Source of the DNA: Gammaproteobacteria bacterium
GTDB taxonomy: Bacteria > Pseudomonadota > Gammaproteobacteria > CAKMZV01
Reading direction: 5' to 3'
DNA: 64,000 nt
NCBI GenBank assembly: GCA_965277625.1
Contig: OZ255827.1
Span: 1,544,550 to 1,608,549 of the forward strand
Every line of letters starts with the position of its first letter. The stretch's first letter is position 1. Below are positions 30,291 to 41,197 of this stretch, one piece after another. Made by a program: the position numbers and the translations under genes. A model generated the notes under the pieces. It was not told the origin of the DNA and ran no database searches. It saw only the letters and a program-made list of their open reading frames with translations.

Positions 30291-30819
30291 AATCTTATTT
30301 GGTTCAATTCTGATTGTCGTCGCCATCCTGCTCGTTAGTCGTGACGAGGGCATAACCGAGCAAGCACCTCAATCGGTCGCTCAAAAACAATTCAGAGTAT
30401 CCTCAATGACCACCTTTTACCTGTCTGACACCAGTCGTTTGGTACTTCAAAGTCCATTCAGTGAATATGACGCTTTGAACCAATCATTTGTCTTAGAACA
30501 GCCAGCGATCGTCCATCAAAATGCGGATAAATCTACGGTCACCTTAACATCACAAATAGGCATTCTTTCAGACAAAAACAATCAAATTGCGTTTAAAGAG
30601 AAAGTATGGATAGAAACATTTGGTAAGTACGCCAATACAGTAAAAACGGCTTTTTTGATGCTTGATTTATCGACCAACCAAGCCAGAAATAATGTCCAGA
30701 ACACTATTTCTGGAGCCTGGGGTCAGACCACAGGTGAAAATCTATTACTCAGTTTGGATGACAATACTCTGAATTTACAGAATGTTGCATCAACGATAAA
30801 TGCCCAGACACAGAAATGA
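30277..30819 (+). CDS. lptC: LPS export protein LptC
   Basis: N-terminal TM anchor and ~180 aa periplasmic domain. Position directly upstream of lptA-lptB. Start ambiguous (30256 or 30277). Confidence 0.55.
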   Translation: MITLKILFGSILIVVAILLVSRDEGITEQAPQSVAQKQFRVSSMTTFYLSDTSRLVLQSPFSEYDALNQSFVLEQPAIVHQNADKSTVTLTSQIGILSDKNNQIAFKEKVWIETFGKYANTVKTAFLMLDLSTNQARNNVQNTISGAWGQTTGENLLLSLDDNTLNLQNVASTINAQTQK

Positions 30820-30836
30820 TTGGAATCTCTTGTAAA

Positions 30837-31322
30837 ATGAAAACTTATTTCAAACTCTTTATGATCAGTCTTATATTTGGTTGGGTACCAGCATATGCGG
30901 CAGACACAGCTCAATCAACCCAAACCATTAAAATAGAGGCCAATAATCTCAAGATTTCGAAAGATGGCAATGAAATCATTTATAAGGGTAATGTGATTGC
31001 CATCCGAGATAATGTCACCATTCATGCAGATCAAATCAAAGTGATCAGTGATAATGATGAAATCCAAACCATTCACGCAACGGGCACACCAGCCACCCTG
31101 TATAAAAATGATCCCATTGAGCCCTTTAATTCAAGCGCCTCACTCATTATATGGCATGCTAAATCCGATAAATTGACCATGAAAGGCAAGGCCAAAGCAC
31201 AACAGAAAGACAACCACTTGCAAAGTGAAACGATTATTTATAACCTAAATGACAATGTACTCGAAGCAGGTGGCGGAAATTCGCGCGTCATAACAACCAT
31301 CAATCCTGAACAAGAACAATGA
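30837..31322 (+). CDS. lptA: LPS export periplasmic protein LptA
   Basis: Signal peptide ([21 protein letters not shown]) then the OstA-like repeat pattern [23 protein letters not shown]. Confidence 0.7.
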   Translation: MKTYFKLFMISLIFGWVPAYAADTAQSTQTIKIEANNLKISKDGNEIIYKGNVIAIRDNVTIHADQIKVISDNDEIQTIHATGTPATLYKNDPIEPFNSSASLIIWHAKSDKLTMKGKAKAQQKDNHLQSETIIYNLNDNVLEAGGGNSRVITTINPEQEQ

Positions 31323-32044
31323 TCAGCACTTTAACAGCCGAACATCTTGCCAAATCCTATCAGAGTAAAAAAGCCGTAAGCGATGTATCCCTCAAAGTTA
31401 ACAGTGGTCAGATCGTCAGTTTATTGGGCCCGAATGGCGCAGGCAAAACAACGACATTCTATATAATCTCAGGGCTGATTCAGCCCGACGAAGGAACAAT
31501 CTTCTTAGATCAAGCAGATATCTCAAATTTTCCTATACATAAGCGGGCTCAACTGGGTATTGGCTATTTGCCACAAGAAGTTTCAATATTTAGAGGATTA
31601 AGTGTTTATGACAACCTCATCGCTGTCTTAGAGTTCACGGCATTGTCAAAACAACAACAGCAGAAAAAGGCCAATTTGTTATTATCCGAATTTAATTTAG
31701 AGCACGTCAAAGATACGCTCGGACTCCAACTTTCAGGTGGCGAAAGACGACGGGTAGAAATTGCTCGAGCTTTGGCGACTGAACCCAAATTCATCCTATT
31801 GGATGAACCTTTTGCAGGCGTTGATCCCATCTCTGTGGGTGAGACCAAAGCGCTTATTCAAGCCGTCGCCAAAAAAAATATTGGGATCATTATTACCGAT
31901 CATAACGTCCGGGAAACTTTGAGTATTTGTGATTTGGCTTATATACTCAACCAGGGTGAACTGATTGCCACAGGGACGCCTAAAACCATCATTGAACATC
32001 CTCAGGTCAAGCAGGCTTATTTGGGTAATGACTTCAATCTTTAA
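31319..32044 (+). CDS. lptB: LPS export ABC transporter ATPase LptB
   Basis: 241 aa. Walker [18 protein letters not shown] signature, [11 protein letters not shown]. Confidence 0.9.
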   Translation: MISTLTAEHLAKSYQSKKAVSDVSLKVNSGQIVSLLGPNGAGKTTTFYIISGLIQPDEGTIFLDQADISNFPIHKRAQLGIGYLPQEVSIFRGLSVYDNLIAVLEFTALSKQQQQKKANLLLSEFNLEHVKDTLGLQLSGGERRRVEIARALATEPKFILLDEPFAGVDPISVGETKALIQAVAKKNIGIIITDHNVRETLSICDLAYILNQGELIATGTPKTIIEHPQVKQAYLGNDFNL

Positions 32045-32113
32045 AGCAAAATCATATTCAAATGCCAAATGAACGAATACGATGGCCTCATGCCAAATAA
32101 TTGAGTAATTCCC

Positions 32114-35100
32114 GTGCAGTCTTTTTTTCAACGCTTTTTATCAAATCATGTCTTAGCCAATTTCTTTTTTGTATTGGTTATCTTTATTGGGGCCGTCACC
32201 TATCAAACATTACCAAGACAACAAGATCCAACCATCAACTTTAACTGGGTCAGCATCACCACAGTTTTACCGGGCGCCTCGGCTCAGATCATTGAGGAAA
32301 AAGTCACACAACCATTAGAAGAGGGTTTAGAGAACGTTGGTGACATTAAATTTGTGACCAGCTACAATCGGCAAAATGTTTCCGCCATAGTCATTCGTTT
32401 TAACGACATCAGCGAAGATGATTTTGATACTCGCATCCAGGATGTCCGGCGAATCATGCAGAGTAAGCGAGCCGAACTGCCGAGCGAAGCCTCTGATCCT
32501 GAAGTGATTGAAATAACCAGCTCTAATGGTTTTCCAAGCGCTTTTGTCGTCATTACCAGTCCAAACAATGACGAAAAACTCCGTTTAGCTGCCAAACAGT
32601 TGCGACGGGAGCTGAATCGTCTAAAGCGCGTTGATAGTGTCAATGAAGCCGCACTGACTGATCCACAAATCACCATTGCATTTAAGCCAGAGAAATTGGT
32701 TCAATATCAACTCTCAATAAACGATTTGATAACGTCCATACGTCAAGCTGTGCAAGATGTTGCCGCAGGTGACGTTGACATCAAAAATCAATCTTGGTTG
32801 GTGATCCTGCAAGGTGAAACACAGAATATTCAGAATCTTGCCAATATACCCATACAAACGCCACGAGGAGAGATACCTCTGTCGGTTATAGCGGACGTTT
32901 CGCGCAATCAAGCTGAACCAAGCACCTTGGTTGAATACGAAGGCAAACCAGCTGTCATGCTTTCAGTCTTAAAGAAGGAAAATGAGAATACCTTGCAATT
33001 GGTTGAGCAGATAGGGGCAATCGTTGACGAAAAAAATAGCATAGCAAAAGATGGCATTCAATATTATCTTGCTGATGATCAAACCGACGTTACACGCAAA
33101 GCGCTCAATGTCATGCAAAGTAATTTTGCCATTGGTTTGGTGTTCGTGCTTCTGGTCACCTGGTTGTTTCTTGGTTTTAGAATAGCGCTCATGACCACTA
33201 TTGGCATCCCATTCACCGTCGCTGGTACGATTTGGATCATCGGCCAATTAGGGTTCACCTTAAATACCATGGTCTTTTTAGGGATGGTTATTGCCCTTGG
33301 CATGATGGTTGATGATGCAGTGGTGGTGGTTGAATCCATCTACTATAAAATGCAACAAAAAGTGAAAACGACCACCGCTGTGATCGATGGTATCAAAGAG
33401 GTCATAGCCCCAGTTTCTACGTCAGTATTAACCACAATTTCAGCCTTCCTGCCCCTTATGTTGCTGCCCGGTTTATTAGGGAAATTTATGTTGGTTGTCC
33501 CACTGGTTGTGACCATTGCCTTACTCGTTTCACTCATCGAAGCCTATTGGCTTTTGCCCTCTCACGTGATGATGATGAACATGGATCAAACCAAAGAAGG
33601 TCGCGTAGCGCGCTACCGTAAATCTTTCCTGCATGGTTTAAGAAACAAATACGCCAAAATATTGCTCAAAATCATGCGTTACCCCAAAATCACCATAATG
33701 CTATTTATACTGTTGGCAATTGGGGTATTTGGCGGCGGAGCGGCTGGTATCGCATCGGGCTACCTCAAGGTGGACTTTTTTGCCAATGATCCACTGCGTT
33801 TGTTTTATGTCAATGTCAAAATGCCCAGCGGCACACCCTTAGACAAAACCATGCAAAAAGTCGCCGAAGTTGAAACCATTGTACGCCGCACCATCAACAA
33901 AGCAGAAAGACGATCCATTGTGGCTTATGCTGGCCAGGCTTTTACCGAAACGGCACCGGTTTACGGCAAGCATTATGGGCAAATCTTAGTCAGTTTAAAA
34001 CCCAAACAAGCCGATTTTCTCTCAATTGATGAATTGGTCAAACAGCTAACCAAAGAAGTAGCGGTGGTTGAAGAAGGCACGCAAGAACTAAACTTTCTAA
34101 CACTGGCGGGCGGTCCACCTGCCGGCAAAGCCATCAATATGAAAATACTCGGTGATGATTACGACCGCATACGCAGTGCAGCAGACCAACTGAAGCGTAT
34201 TATGCGCAATGACCCAGACTATCTCAACGTTGACGATGATGATACGCCAGGCACTTGGGGATTGAATGTGCAAATTGACTATGCAAAAGCACGTTTGTAC
34301 AACATCCAGCCACAACAAATTTCACAATTCATTGTGGCTCTGGTTGATGGTGTCATCATTGCCCAAACACTGATCGATAATGAATACATTGACATTCGAT
34401 TAAAAGCTCAAAACGATCCAAATAGTGAAGACATCACAGATTATATTCTTTCAAAAAACATAATCTCTCCAAGTGGTGCCATCGTCCCCATCCGCTCGCT
34501 GGTCAAAACTAAAACTGAAATTGTTCGGGGCAATATATTGCACTATAATTTTCAGAAGTCAATCACGCTTTCTGCAGATATAGTGACCAGTCGTACTGAT
34601 ACTCTTGCTGCCAATAATAAACTGACGAACCATTGGAAAAAAATCAATGCCCAATTCCCAGATTTGAGCATTGATTCATCGGGGCAGTTTGATGACATTA
34701 ATGAAAGCTTGGCCACATTGCCCATTTTATTTCTTTATGGTTTGGCGCTTATGTATCTGATTTTAGGGACTCAATTTAGAAGCTATATTCAACCACTCGT
34801 GGTCTTTACAGCCATTCCATTGGCGTTTATTGGCGTCGTTATAGGCTTGTTGATCACCAGAAACATCATCAGCGTTTATACACTTATTGGTTCTGTTGCG
34901 CTGTCGGGCATTGCCGTTAATGCCGCCATTGTCATGGTTGCAACCGCCAACGCCAATCAAGCTGCGGGAATGATCCGCAGCCATGCCATTTTTTATGCCG
35001 CCAAAAGACGCATTGTACCCATCCTCATTACTTCATCTACCACAGTGGCTGGACTGATGGCATTGGCCATAGGGGTGGGCGGAAAATCGTTATTATGGGG

Positions 35101-35236
35101 GCCCATCGCCTCTGTTATTGTCTCGGGGGTATTCTTCTCGGGCACATTGTCTTTGCTGGTCATTCCAATCATCTACATCTGCTATGAAAAAATGCGGTTT
35201 TTTCGCTGGCCGAGATTAAAGAAAGCCAGTGGCTAA
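32114..35236 (+). CDS. RND efflux transporter permease (AcrB/AcrD/AcrF family)
   Basis: 1040 aa with 12-TM RND architecture and two large periplasmic loops. No adjacent membrane-fusion or outer-membrane-factor gene. Confidence 0.9.
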   Translation: MQSFFQRFLSNHVLANFFFVLVIFIGAVTYQTLPRQQDPTINFNWVSITTVLPGASAQIIEEKVTQPLEEGLENVGDIKFVTSYNRQNVSAIVIRFNDISEDDFDTRIQDVRRIMQSKRAELPSEASDPEVIEITSSNGFPSAFVVITSPNNDEKLRLAAKQLRRELNRLKRVDSVNEAALTDPQITIAFKPEKLVQYQLSINDLITSIRQAVQDVAAGDVDIKNQSWLVILQGETQNIQNLANIPIQTPRGEIPLSVIADVSRNQAEPSTLVEYEGKPAVMLSVLKKENENTLQLVEQIGAIVDEKNSIAKDGIQYYLADDQTDVTRKALNVMQSNFAIGLVFVLLVTWLFLGFRIALMTTIGIPFTVAGTIWIIGQLGFTLNTMVFLGMVIALGMMVDDAVVVVESIYYKMQQKVKTTTAVIDGIKEVIAPVSTSVLTTISAFLPLMLLPGLLGKFMLVVPLVVTIALLVSLIEAYWLLPSHVMMMNMDQTKEGRVARYRKSFLHGLRNKYAKILLKIMRYPKITIMLFILLAIGVFGGGAAGIASGYLKVDFFANDPLRLFYVNVKMPSGTPLDKTMQKVAEVETIVRRTINKAERRSIVAYAGQAFTETAPVYGKHYGQILVSLKPKQADFLSIDELVKQLTKEVAVVEEGTQELNFLTLAGGPPAGKAINMKILGDDYDRIRSAADQLKRIMRNDPDYLNVDDDDTPGTWGLNVQIDYAKARLYNIQPQQISQFIVALVDGVIIAQTLIDNEYIDIRLKAQNDPNSEDITDYILSKNIISPSGAIVPIRSLVKTKTEIVRGNILHYNFQKSITLSADIVTSRTDTLAANNKLTNHWKKINAQFPDLSIDSSGQFDDINESLATLPILFLYGLALMYLILGTQFRSYIQPLVVFTAIPLAFIGVVIGLLITRNIISVYTLIGSVALSGIAVNAAIVMVATANANQAAGMIRSHAIFYAAKRRIVPILITSSTTVAGLMALAIGVGGKSLLWGPIASVIVSGVFFSGTLSLLVIPIIYICYEKMRFFRWPRLKKASG

Positions 35237-35310
35237 AGACAAAATCCCCCAAGTTTATTCAATAATTTTACACATTGTTAAAATCTAACCAATCAGCTGA
35301 TTTCGTTGAA

Positions 35311-35331
35311 TTATCCACAGAGTTATCCACA
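35311..35331 (+). promoter_or_regulatory. Two tandem perfect DnaA boxes (TTATCCACAgagTTATCCACA), 12-bp phasing
   Basis: Exact consensus 9-mers at 35311-35319 and 35323-35331. A 1-mismatch box (TTATCAACA) lies at 35455-35463. All sit in a 670-bp AT-rich gap. Confidence 0.5.
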
Positions 35332-35908
35332 GAACCTTCTCGTCAAAATGCTTATATTTTTCATTGAATTTTTTTTATAAACAATTGATTTTCATAAATA
35401 TAGTGGAATAATTGAGGTTTTTAAGTGATTATTAGCATTTTGATCCGCTATAAGTTATCAACAAATCACATAACTCGTTGATTAAAGGCAATATTACGCA
35501 TAGGCAGCATCATTTTATGGATCAATAGCAAAGCCTAAGCACCGGATCTTGAGCAACGATTTTCAAATGCATAAAAATGACAATCTTAGCTGGATGACTC
35601 AATAAGAAGAATGTGCTATTATTTTAAAATCATCGTTCTTTGTACAGTCATACCATGTTATTAATGAGGGCTGGACTCAATGTTGCTGACAAAATATCAA
35701 TCACATAATAATGATCAAACATTCGGGCATAAAAACGCTTAGATCATATTTTTACAATCAAGCACCGAATGGAGTGAACATATATAATTAAACGTCGTAT
35801 GATTGATCAAATGGTCATTGAAGCAAAACGTCATTTGACCCACTGCTATGCAATAAGTCCAAGATTTTTTCCATAAGACAATAAATATCGAACATATACC
35901 TTCAAACT

Positions 35909-37330
35909 ATGATGAATGCCGTTAGTCAAACTCTGTACGACAAACTTTGGGATCGACATGTTGTTGAATCTATGGATACCGACAATGCTTTGATTTACAT
36001 TGATCGACACCTGATACACGAGGTTACCTCTCCCCAAGCATTTGAGGGATTACAGTTGGCCAATCGAAGCCCTTGGCGTACGAACGCCATCTTAGCGGTG
36101 CCTGACCATAATGTACCCACACGCGATCATCAAGCGGGGGCGCAAGGAATCCTTGAAAAAGTCTCCCGACTACAGGTTGAAACCTTGGATAAAAACACCC
36201 AAAAATATAAAATCAGACAAATCCCCTTAACCGATCTAAGACAAGGCATTGTTCACATCATTGGACCCGAACAGGGTTTTACACTGCCAGGCATGACTTT
36301 GGTCTGTGGCGATTCACATACATCAACACACGGTGCCTTGGGCTGTTTGGCCATGGGCATTGGTACTTCTGAAGTTGAACATGTTTTGGCTACCCAATGC
36401 TTGATTCAGAAAAAATTGAAGAACATGCTCATTGAGATTACTGGGCAACTGGTGCCTGGTGTCTATGCCAAAGACGTGATTCTCGCCATCATTGGTGAAA
36501 TTGGTACAGCAGGGGGCACGGGCTATGCCATTGAATTTGCTGGTTCTGTGATCCGTGATATGAGCATCGAAGGCCGAATGACCATCTGTAATATGGCCAT
36601 TGAAGCGGGCTCTCGAGCAGGGATGGTTGCCGTTGATGATCAAACCATCGAATACGTGAAATCAAAACCAGCAGCACCAAAAGGCGATCTTTGGCTTCAA
36701 GCAGAACAAGATTGGAGAACGCTCCATTCGGACCCCGAAGCGACATTTGATAAGGTTGTCACCATCGATGGCAGCAAGATAAAACCTCAAGTGAGCTGGG
36801 GCACTTCTCCTGAAATGGTCGTTTCAGTTGATGGACGCATCCCCTCCCCTCAGCAAGCGCAGTCCACAGGCAAAACTCAGTCCATTGAGCAAGCTCTGGC
36901 ATACATGGATTTATCGGGTGATATGCCCGTTGTTGACATTCCCATCGATTATGTCTTTATTGGTTCTTGTACCAATGCACGCATTGAAGATTTGCGCGCT
37001 GCTGCAAAATATGTGACCAACAAGAAAATTGCCCCCTCCATTGAACGCGCCATTGTTGTGCCTGGATCTGGACTGGTCCGCCAACAAGCCGAACAAGAAG
37101 GATTGGATAAGCTATTCATTGACGCGGGTTTTGAATGGCGCGAGGCTGGTTGTTCAATGTGTTTGGGCATGAACGAAGACCAATTGCCTGAAGGCAAACA
37201 TTGTGCCTCAACTTCAAATAGAAATTTTGAAGGGCGTCAGGGCAGAGGGGGGCGCACCCATTTGGTTAGCCCAGCCATGGCAGCCGCTGCAGCCGTTAAT
37301 GGTCACTTTACTGACACGCGTCACTTATAA
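35909..37330 (+). CDS. leuC: 3-isopropylmalate dehydratase large subunit
   Basis: 473 aa. Aconitase-family motifs ([13 protein letters not shown]; [12 protein letters not shown]; [11 protein letters not shown]; [14 protein letters not shown]). Confidence 0.9.
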   Translation: MMNAVSQTLYDKLWDRHVVESMDTDNALIYIDRHLIHEVTSPQAFEGLQLANRSPWRTNAILAVPDHNVPTRDHQAGAQGILEKVSRLQVETLDKNTQKYKIRQIPLTDLRQGIVHIIGPEQGFTLPGMTLVCGDSHTSTHGALGCLAMGIGTSEVEHVLATQCLIQKKLKNMLIEITGQLVPGVYAKDVILAIIGEIGTAGGTGYAIEFAGSVIRDMSIEGRMTICNMAIEAGSRAGMVAVDDQTIEYVKSKPAAPKGDLWLQAEQDWRTLHSDPEATFDKVVTIDGSKIKPQVSWGTSPEMVVSVDGRIPSPQQAQSTGKTQSIEQALAYMDLSGDMPVVDIPIDYVFIGSCTNARIEDLRAAAKYVTNKKIAPSIERAIVVPGSGLVRQQAEQEGLDKLFIDAGFEWREAGCSMCLGMNEDQLPEGKHCASTSNRNFEGRQGRGGRTHLVSPAMAAAAAVNGHFTDTRHL

Positions 37331-37428
37331 TCGTTTGAACATTTGACAATACTGCTCTTAGAATTTAAACCTTTGTTGAACGATCAATCGTCAATCACTG
37401 AATAATATTTATTTAGTCTGGACTAATA

Positions 37429-38220
37429 ATGCCTATTATTGAATTAGAACATGTCGTTTTTAAACGATCGACCAAAACCATTTTCAATCATCTGAATTTG
37501 AGCATTGATGACAATGGTATCACTGCGCTTATGGGACCCAGTGGTGTGGGCAAAACCACCCTGCTACAATTGATTACTGCTCAAATAAAGCCAGATTCAG
37601 GCACGGTCAGAGTATTGGGAGACGACATTCATAAATTGAAGCGCAAAGCGCTGTTTGAATTACGCAAAAAGATTGGCGTGCTTTTCCAAAATGGCGGCTT
37701 GTTGGGTGATCTAACCGTCTTTGAAAACGTGGCCTTGCCTCTGCAAGAAAACACCCGCTTAAATCAGTCTATGATTCGCAACCTGGTCTTAATGAAATTA
37801 GAAGTTGTTGGTTTAAGGGGCGTTTGCGACCAATATCCAAATGCACTCTCTGGCGGTATGGCACGACGGGTTTCCTTTGCACGGGCACTTGCTTTAGACC
37901 CACCCATTCTTCTGTTTGATGAACCCTTTGTTGGGCAAGACCCCATCAGCATGGGCATCTTGATGCGCCTCATTAAATCTTGCTCCAAAGCCATGGACAC
38001 AACCTCTGTCGTGGTCTCACACGACGTAGAAGAAGTCCTCAGCATTTCTGACTATGTCTTTTTAATTTCTCAAGGCAATGTGGTCGATCAAGGCAAACCC
38101 GAGGCGCTTCGTTCAAATCAAACCGCCTACTCTGAACAATTTGTATTGGGCAAACCAGACGGTCCTGTCCCCTTTCATCAACCGACTCAGATTGAGTATA
38201 TCAGCGATCTTATACAATGA
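37429..38220 (+). CDS. mlaF: Phospholipid ABC transporter ATPase MlaF
   Basis: 263 aa. Walker A GPSGVGKTT, LSGGMARRV signature. First gene of an mlaFEDCB-order set. Confidence 0.85.
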   Translation: MPIIELEHVVFKRSTKTIFNHLNLSIDDNGITALMGPSGVGKTTLLQLITAQIKPDSGTVRVLGDDIHKLKRKALFELRKKIGVLFQNGGLLGDLTVFENVALPLQENTRLNQSMIRNLVLMKLEVVGLRGVCDQYPNALSGGMARRVSFARALALDPPILLFDEPFVGQDPISMGILMRLIKSCSKAMDTTSVVVSHDVEEVLSISDYVFLISQGNVVDQGKPEALRSNQTAYSEQFVLGKPDGPVPFHQPTQIEYISDLIQ

Positions 38221-38987
38221 ATTGGATTCAAAGTATAGGCAAACTGGTGCTCGATGTCACCCAAACAACGGGCAAGATCTCGTTATTTGTTTGGCTTCTT
38301 TTGGCTTCGGGATTTAAAAGAAAGGGTTTCTTAAAGCTGTTAATCAAACAAATATTCAATACGGGGGTGCTTTCTTTACCGATCATCCTTGTTGCGGGTT
38401 TATTCGTCGGCATGGTCCTTGGCCTACAACTCTATTCCACGCTCGCAAGATTCGGGTCTGAAGAAGTGCTTGGTGTTGTCACAGCACTGTCGTTTTATCG
38501 AGAGCTGGGGCCTGTTTTAACCGCCATTTTATTCGCTGCTAGGGCAGGTTCTGCTTTGGCAACAGAAATTGGTGTGATGAAAACCACTCAACAATTAGCC
38601 GCCTTAGAAATGATGGCCATTGACCCCATGTATAGAATCTTTCATCCACGTTTATTGGCCAGTATTATTGTCATGCCCGCTCTGAATTTTATTTTTGTTG
38701 CCGTTGGGCTTATTGGATCTTGGTATATAGGGTCCTATGTACTAGGCATAGATGGCGCCTCCTTTTGGACACAAATACAAGACCAGGTTGATTGGGTTTC
38801 AGACGTATTAAATGGCACGGTCAAATCGTTTATTTTTGGTTGTATTTGTGCCATTTTGGCGCTTTTTTATGGTTATGATTGCCGACCCACAGTTGATGGC
38901 ACCAGCTTGGCCACAACAAAAACCGTGGTTTACAGTTGCTTGCTGGTACTGGGGTCAAACGTCATTCTTACTGCAATTATGTTTTAA
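38217..38987 (+). CDS. mlaE: Phospholipid ABC transporter permease MlaE
   Basis: 256 aa polytopic permease of the MlaE/Ttg2B family, overlapping mlaF. Confidence 0.85.
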   Translation: MNWIQSIGKLVLDVTQTTGKISLFVWLLLASGFKRKGFLKLLIKQIFNTGVLSLPIILVAGLFVGMVLGLQLYSTLARFGSEEVLGVVTALSFYRELGPVLTAILFAARAGSALATEIGVMKTTQQLAALEMMAIDPMYRIFHPRLLASIIVMPALNFIFVAVGLIGSWYIGSYVLGIDGASFWTQIQDQVDWVSDVLNGTVKSFIFGCICAILALFYGYDCRPTVDGTSLATTKTVVYSCLLVLGSNVILTAIMF

Positions 38988-39074
38988 TCTTATACGATTG
39001 ATCAATTAACAGAGACTAAAACAGGCTCTTGCGCCAAGAAAGATTATAATATCACCCCTTATGAGACATTTATT

Positions 39075-39521
39075 ATGAGTGAAAGAAAATTACAGGTTTG
39101 GGTCGGCTTATTTACAGTGCTTGTATTGGCATCATTGTTTTTCATTGCCATTAAGGGGAGCAATTTAAATGTATTTCAGTCATCAGACGGCTACAAACTC
39201 AATGTTTATTTTGGCGAAATCGGCGGCTTAAAAAAATCAGCCCCAGTCACTATGGCCGGTGTTGAAATAGGCCGAGTGGCTTCTATAGGATTAGACCCGT
39301 CAACTTTCCAAGCCAAGGTTGTACTGAACATTTATGAGCGTTATAACCAGTTACCACTGGATAGTTCGGCCAGCATCCTAACTTCAGGCATATTGGGTGA
39401 AAAATATATTGGCATCACGCCAGGGGGAGATACAGAGTCTTTACTGAATGGCGACACCATAGAGATCAGCCAGTCAGCTTTGGTACTGGAAAATCTCATT
39501 AGCACTTTTCTTAATAAATAA
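39075..39521 (+). CDS. mlaD: MCE-domain protein MlaD
   Basis: 148 aa. N-terminal TM plus MCE domain (VYFGEIGGLKKSAPVTMAGVEIGRV). Confidence 0.8.
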   Translation: MSERKLQVWVGLFTVLVLASLFFIAIKGSNLNVFQSSDGYKLNVYFGEIGGLKKSAPVTMAGVEIGRVASIGLDPSTFQAKVVLNIYERYNQLPLDSSASILTSGILGEKYIGITPGGDTESLLNGDTIEISQSALVLENLISTFLNK

Positions 39522-39529
39522 ATTTCAAT

Positions 39530-40132
39530 ATGATCATCCGCAATCTCATCATAGTCCTCATGCTTTCCTTTTTTACGACGATTGCCCAAGCAGAGCAAAC
39601 CGTCTTACGAGACTTGATGGCCAAACACACTCAAAATTTCTACGAAAACTTGGAGTTGGATAGAAATCATTATGACGATCAACCTCGTGAACTTAGAAAA
39701 CTGGTTGAGCAACATTTTGATCATTTTTTTGATTGGCAGCGTATGTCACGTTTTGTGCTTGGAAAATATAGCCGAACGACGAATAAGGATGATATGGCCA
39801 CCTTCACGCGAGAATTCAGAGAATTACTGCTGAACTCTTATGCGACTGTGATGCTTCGTTACAGTTTTAATCAATTTGTATTCCTACCAGAACGTTCTGG
39901 ACGGCGTGAAGGCACTTATATATTAAAAACCATCACTAAGACGGGTACAAAAGACATTCCTATAGAATATTATGTAATCGCTTCAGAAACCGACAAAAAG
40001 ATCATTGATGTTCGGGTAGAAGGTTTGAGTTTGCTCATTAACTACCGAAAAGCATTCGCCGAAGAAATACAAAATAAATCAGTTCAAGCCTTAATTGAAA
40101 ACATTAAGACACGCAATAAAAAAATCCAATAA
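39530..40132 (+). CDS. mlaC: Phospholipid-binding periplasmic protein MlaC
   Basis: 200 aa. Signal peptide plus MlaC/Ttg2D pattern. Position after mlaD. Confidence 0.7.
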   Translation: MIIRNLIIVLMLSFFTTIAQAEQTVLRDLMAKHTQNFYENLELDRNHYDDQPRELRKLVEQHFDHFFDWQRMSRFVLGKYSRTTNKDDMATFTREFRELLLNSYATVMLRYSFNQFVFLPERSGRREGTYILKTITKTGTKDIPIEYYVIASETDKKIIDVRVEGLSLLINYRKAFAEEIQNKSVQALIENIKTRNKKIQ

Positions 40133-40185
40133 GATTGCGCTTACTTTACAAATTCTGCTTAATCCTCTAAGACTGCCACCGTCAT

Positions 40186-40467
40186 ATGGACATCATCGTC
40201 AATAACCAAACCATATTGTTAAAGGGCAATGCGACTTTTGAGTCACTGCACGATCTTGCGTTTCCACAACTCGTTGCAGGGCGCTATGATGTGGATTGGT
40301 CTCAAATACAAGAAATCGACAGTTTATTGTTTGGTTGGTTGATTGAATGGAAAAAACAGTGTTTGCAAAATGGCATCGTTCTACACTTTAAGGGAGAAAA
40401 TGCGCGCATTCAAACATTGACCCATTTGTACAACCTCACCCCATTATTTGAAAATCATGAACAGTAG
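40186..40467 (+). CDS. mlaB: STAS-domain protein MlaB
   Basis: 93 aa STAS-like protein ending the mla gene set. Confidence 0.55.
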   Translation: MDIIVNNQTILLKGNATFESLHDLAFPQLVAGRYDVDWSQIQEIDSLLFGWLIEWKKQCLQNGIVLHFKGENARIQTLTHLYNLTPLFENHEQ

Positions 40468-41197
40468 TATTGCAATTCAATTTTCACAAGTCGTCAAAAA
40501 CTATCCCGATGTTCAGGCCTTAAAAAACATTAACTTTAATATTGAAGAAGGCAGTTTTTTTGGTCTTTTAGGTCCCAATGGCGCTGGTAAATCCACGCTG
40601 ATTAACATTTTGGCTGGTTTGGTCAGAGCCAGCGAGGGCTCGGTGAGCGTATTCGGCAATGACGTGGTTGACGATTACCGCCAAACACGCCGTGATTTAG
40701 GCTTAGTGCCGCAAGAACTCATCAGTGATGGGTTCTTTTCTGTGATTGATTTATTGCGCTTGCAAGCGGGTTATTTTGGTTTTGGTCGCCAGCAACACGA
40801 TTGGATCGATGAACTTTTGCATATATTGGCGCTGACTGACAAAGCGGACACACTGACCGCCAATCTTTCTGGCGGCATGAAACGTCGTGTGCTCATTGCC
40901 CAAGCCTTGGTTCACAAACCTAAAATCATCATTTTAGATGAGCCCACAGCCGGCGTTGACATTGATTTGCGCAAAACCATATGGACTTTCATCCGCAAGT
41001 TACACAAAATGGGGCACACCATTATCTTAACCACCCACTATTTAGAAGAAGCTGAACAATTGTGTGAACGCATCGGCATCATCAGTGATGGCAGAATGAT
41101 TGCATTGGACGCCAAAGACGAACTGTTAAACAATGGCAATAATCGCCTTGAAAAAGTTTATTTGGATTTGGTATCAGAGGATAGAGGAAAAGAATGA
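40448..41197 (+). CDS. ABC transporter ATP-binding protein (ABC-2 type, YadG-like)
   Basis: 249 aa. GPNGAGKST, LSGGMKRRV, ILDEPTAGVD. Confidence 0.85.
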   Translation: MKIMNSSIAIQFSQVVKNYPDVQALKNINFNIEEGSFFGLLGPNGAGKSTLINILAGLVRASEGSVSVFGNDVVDDYRQTRRDLGLVPQELISDGFFSVIDLLRLQAGYFGFGRQQHDWIDELLHILALTDKADTLTANLSGGMKRRVLIAQALVHKPKIIILDEPTAGVDIDLRKTIWTFIRKLHKMGHTIILTTHYLEEAEQLCERIGIISDGRMIALDAKDELLNNGNNRLEKVYLDLVSEDRGKE

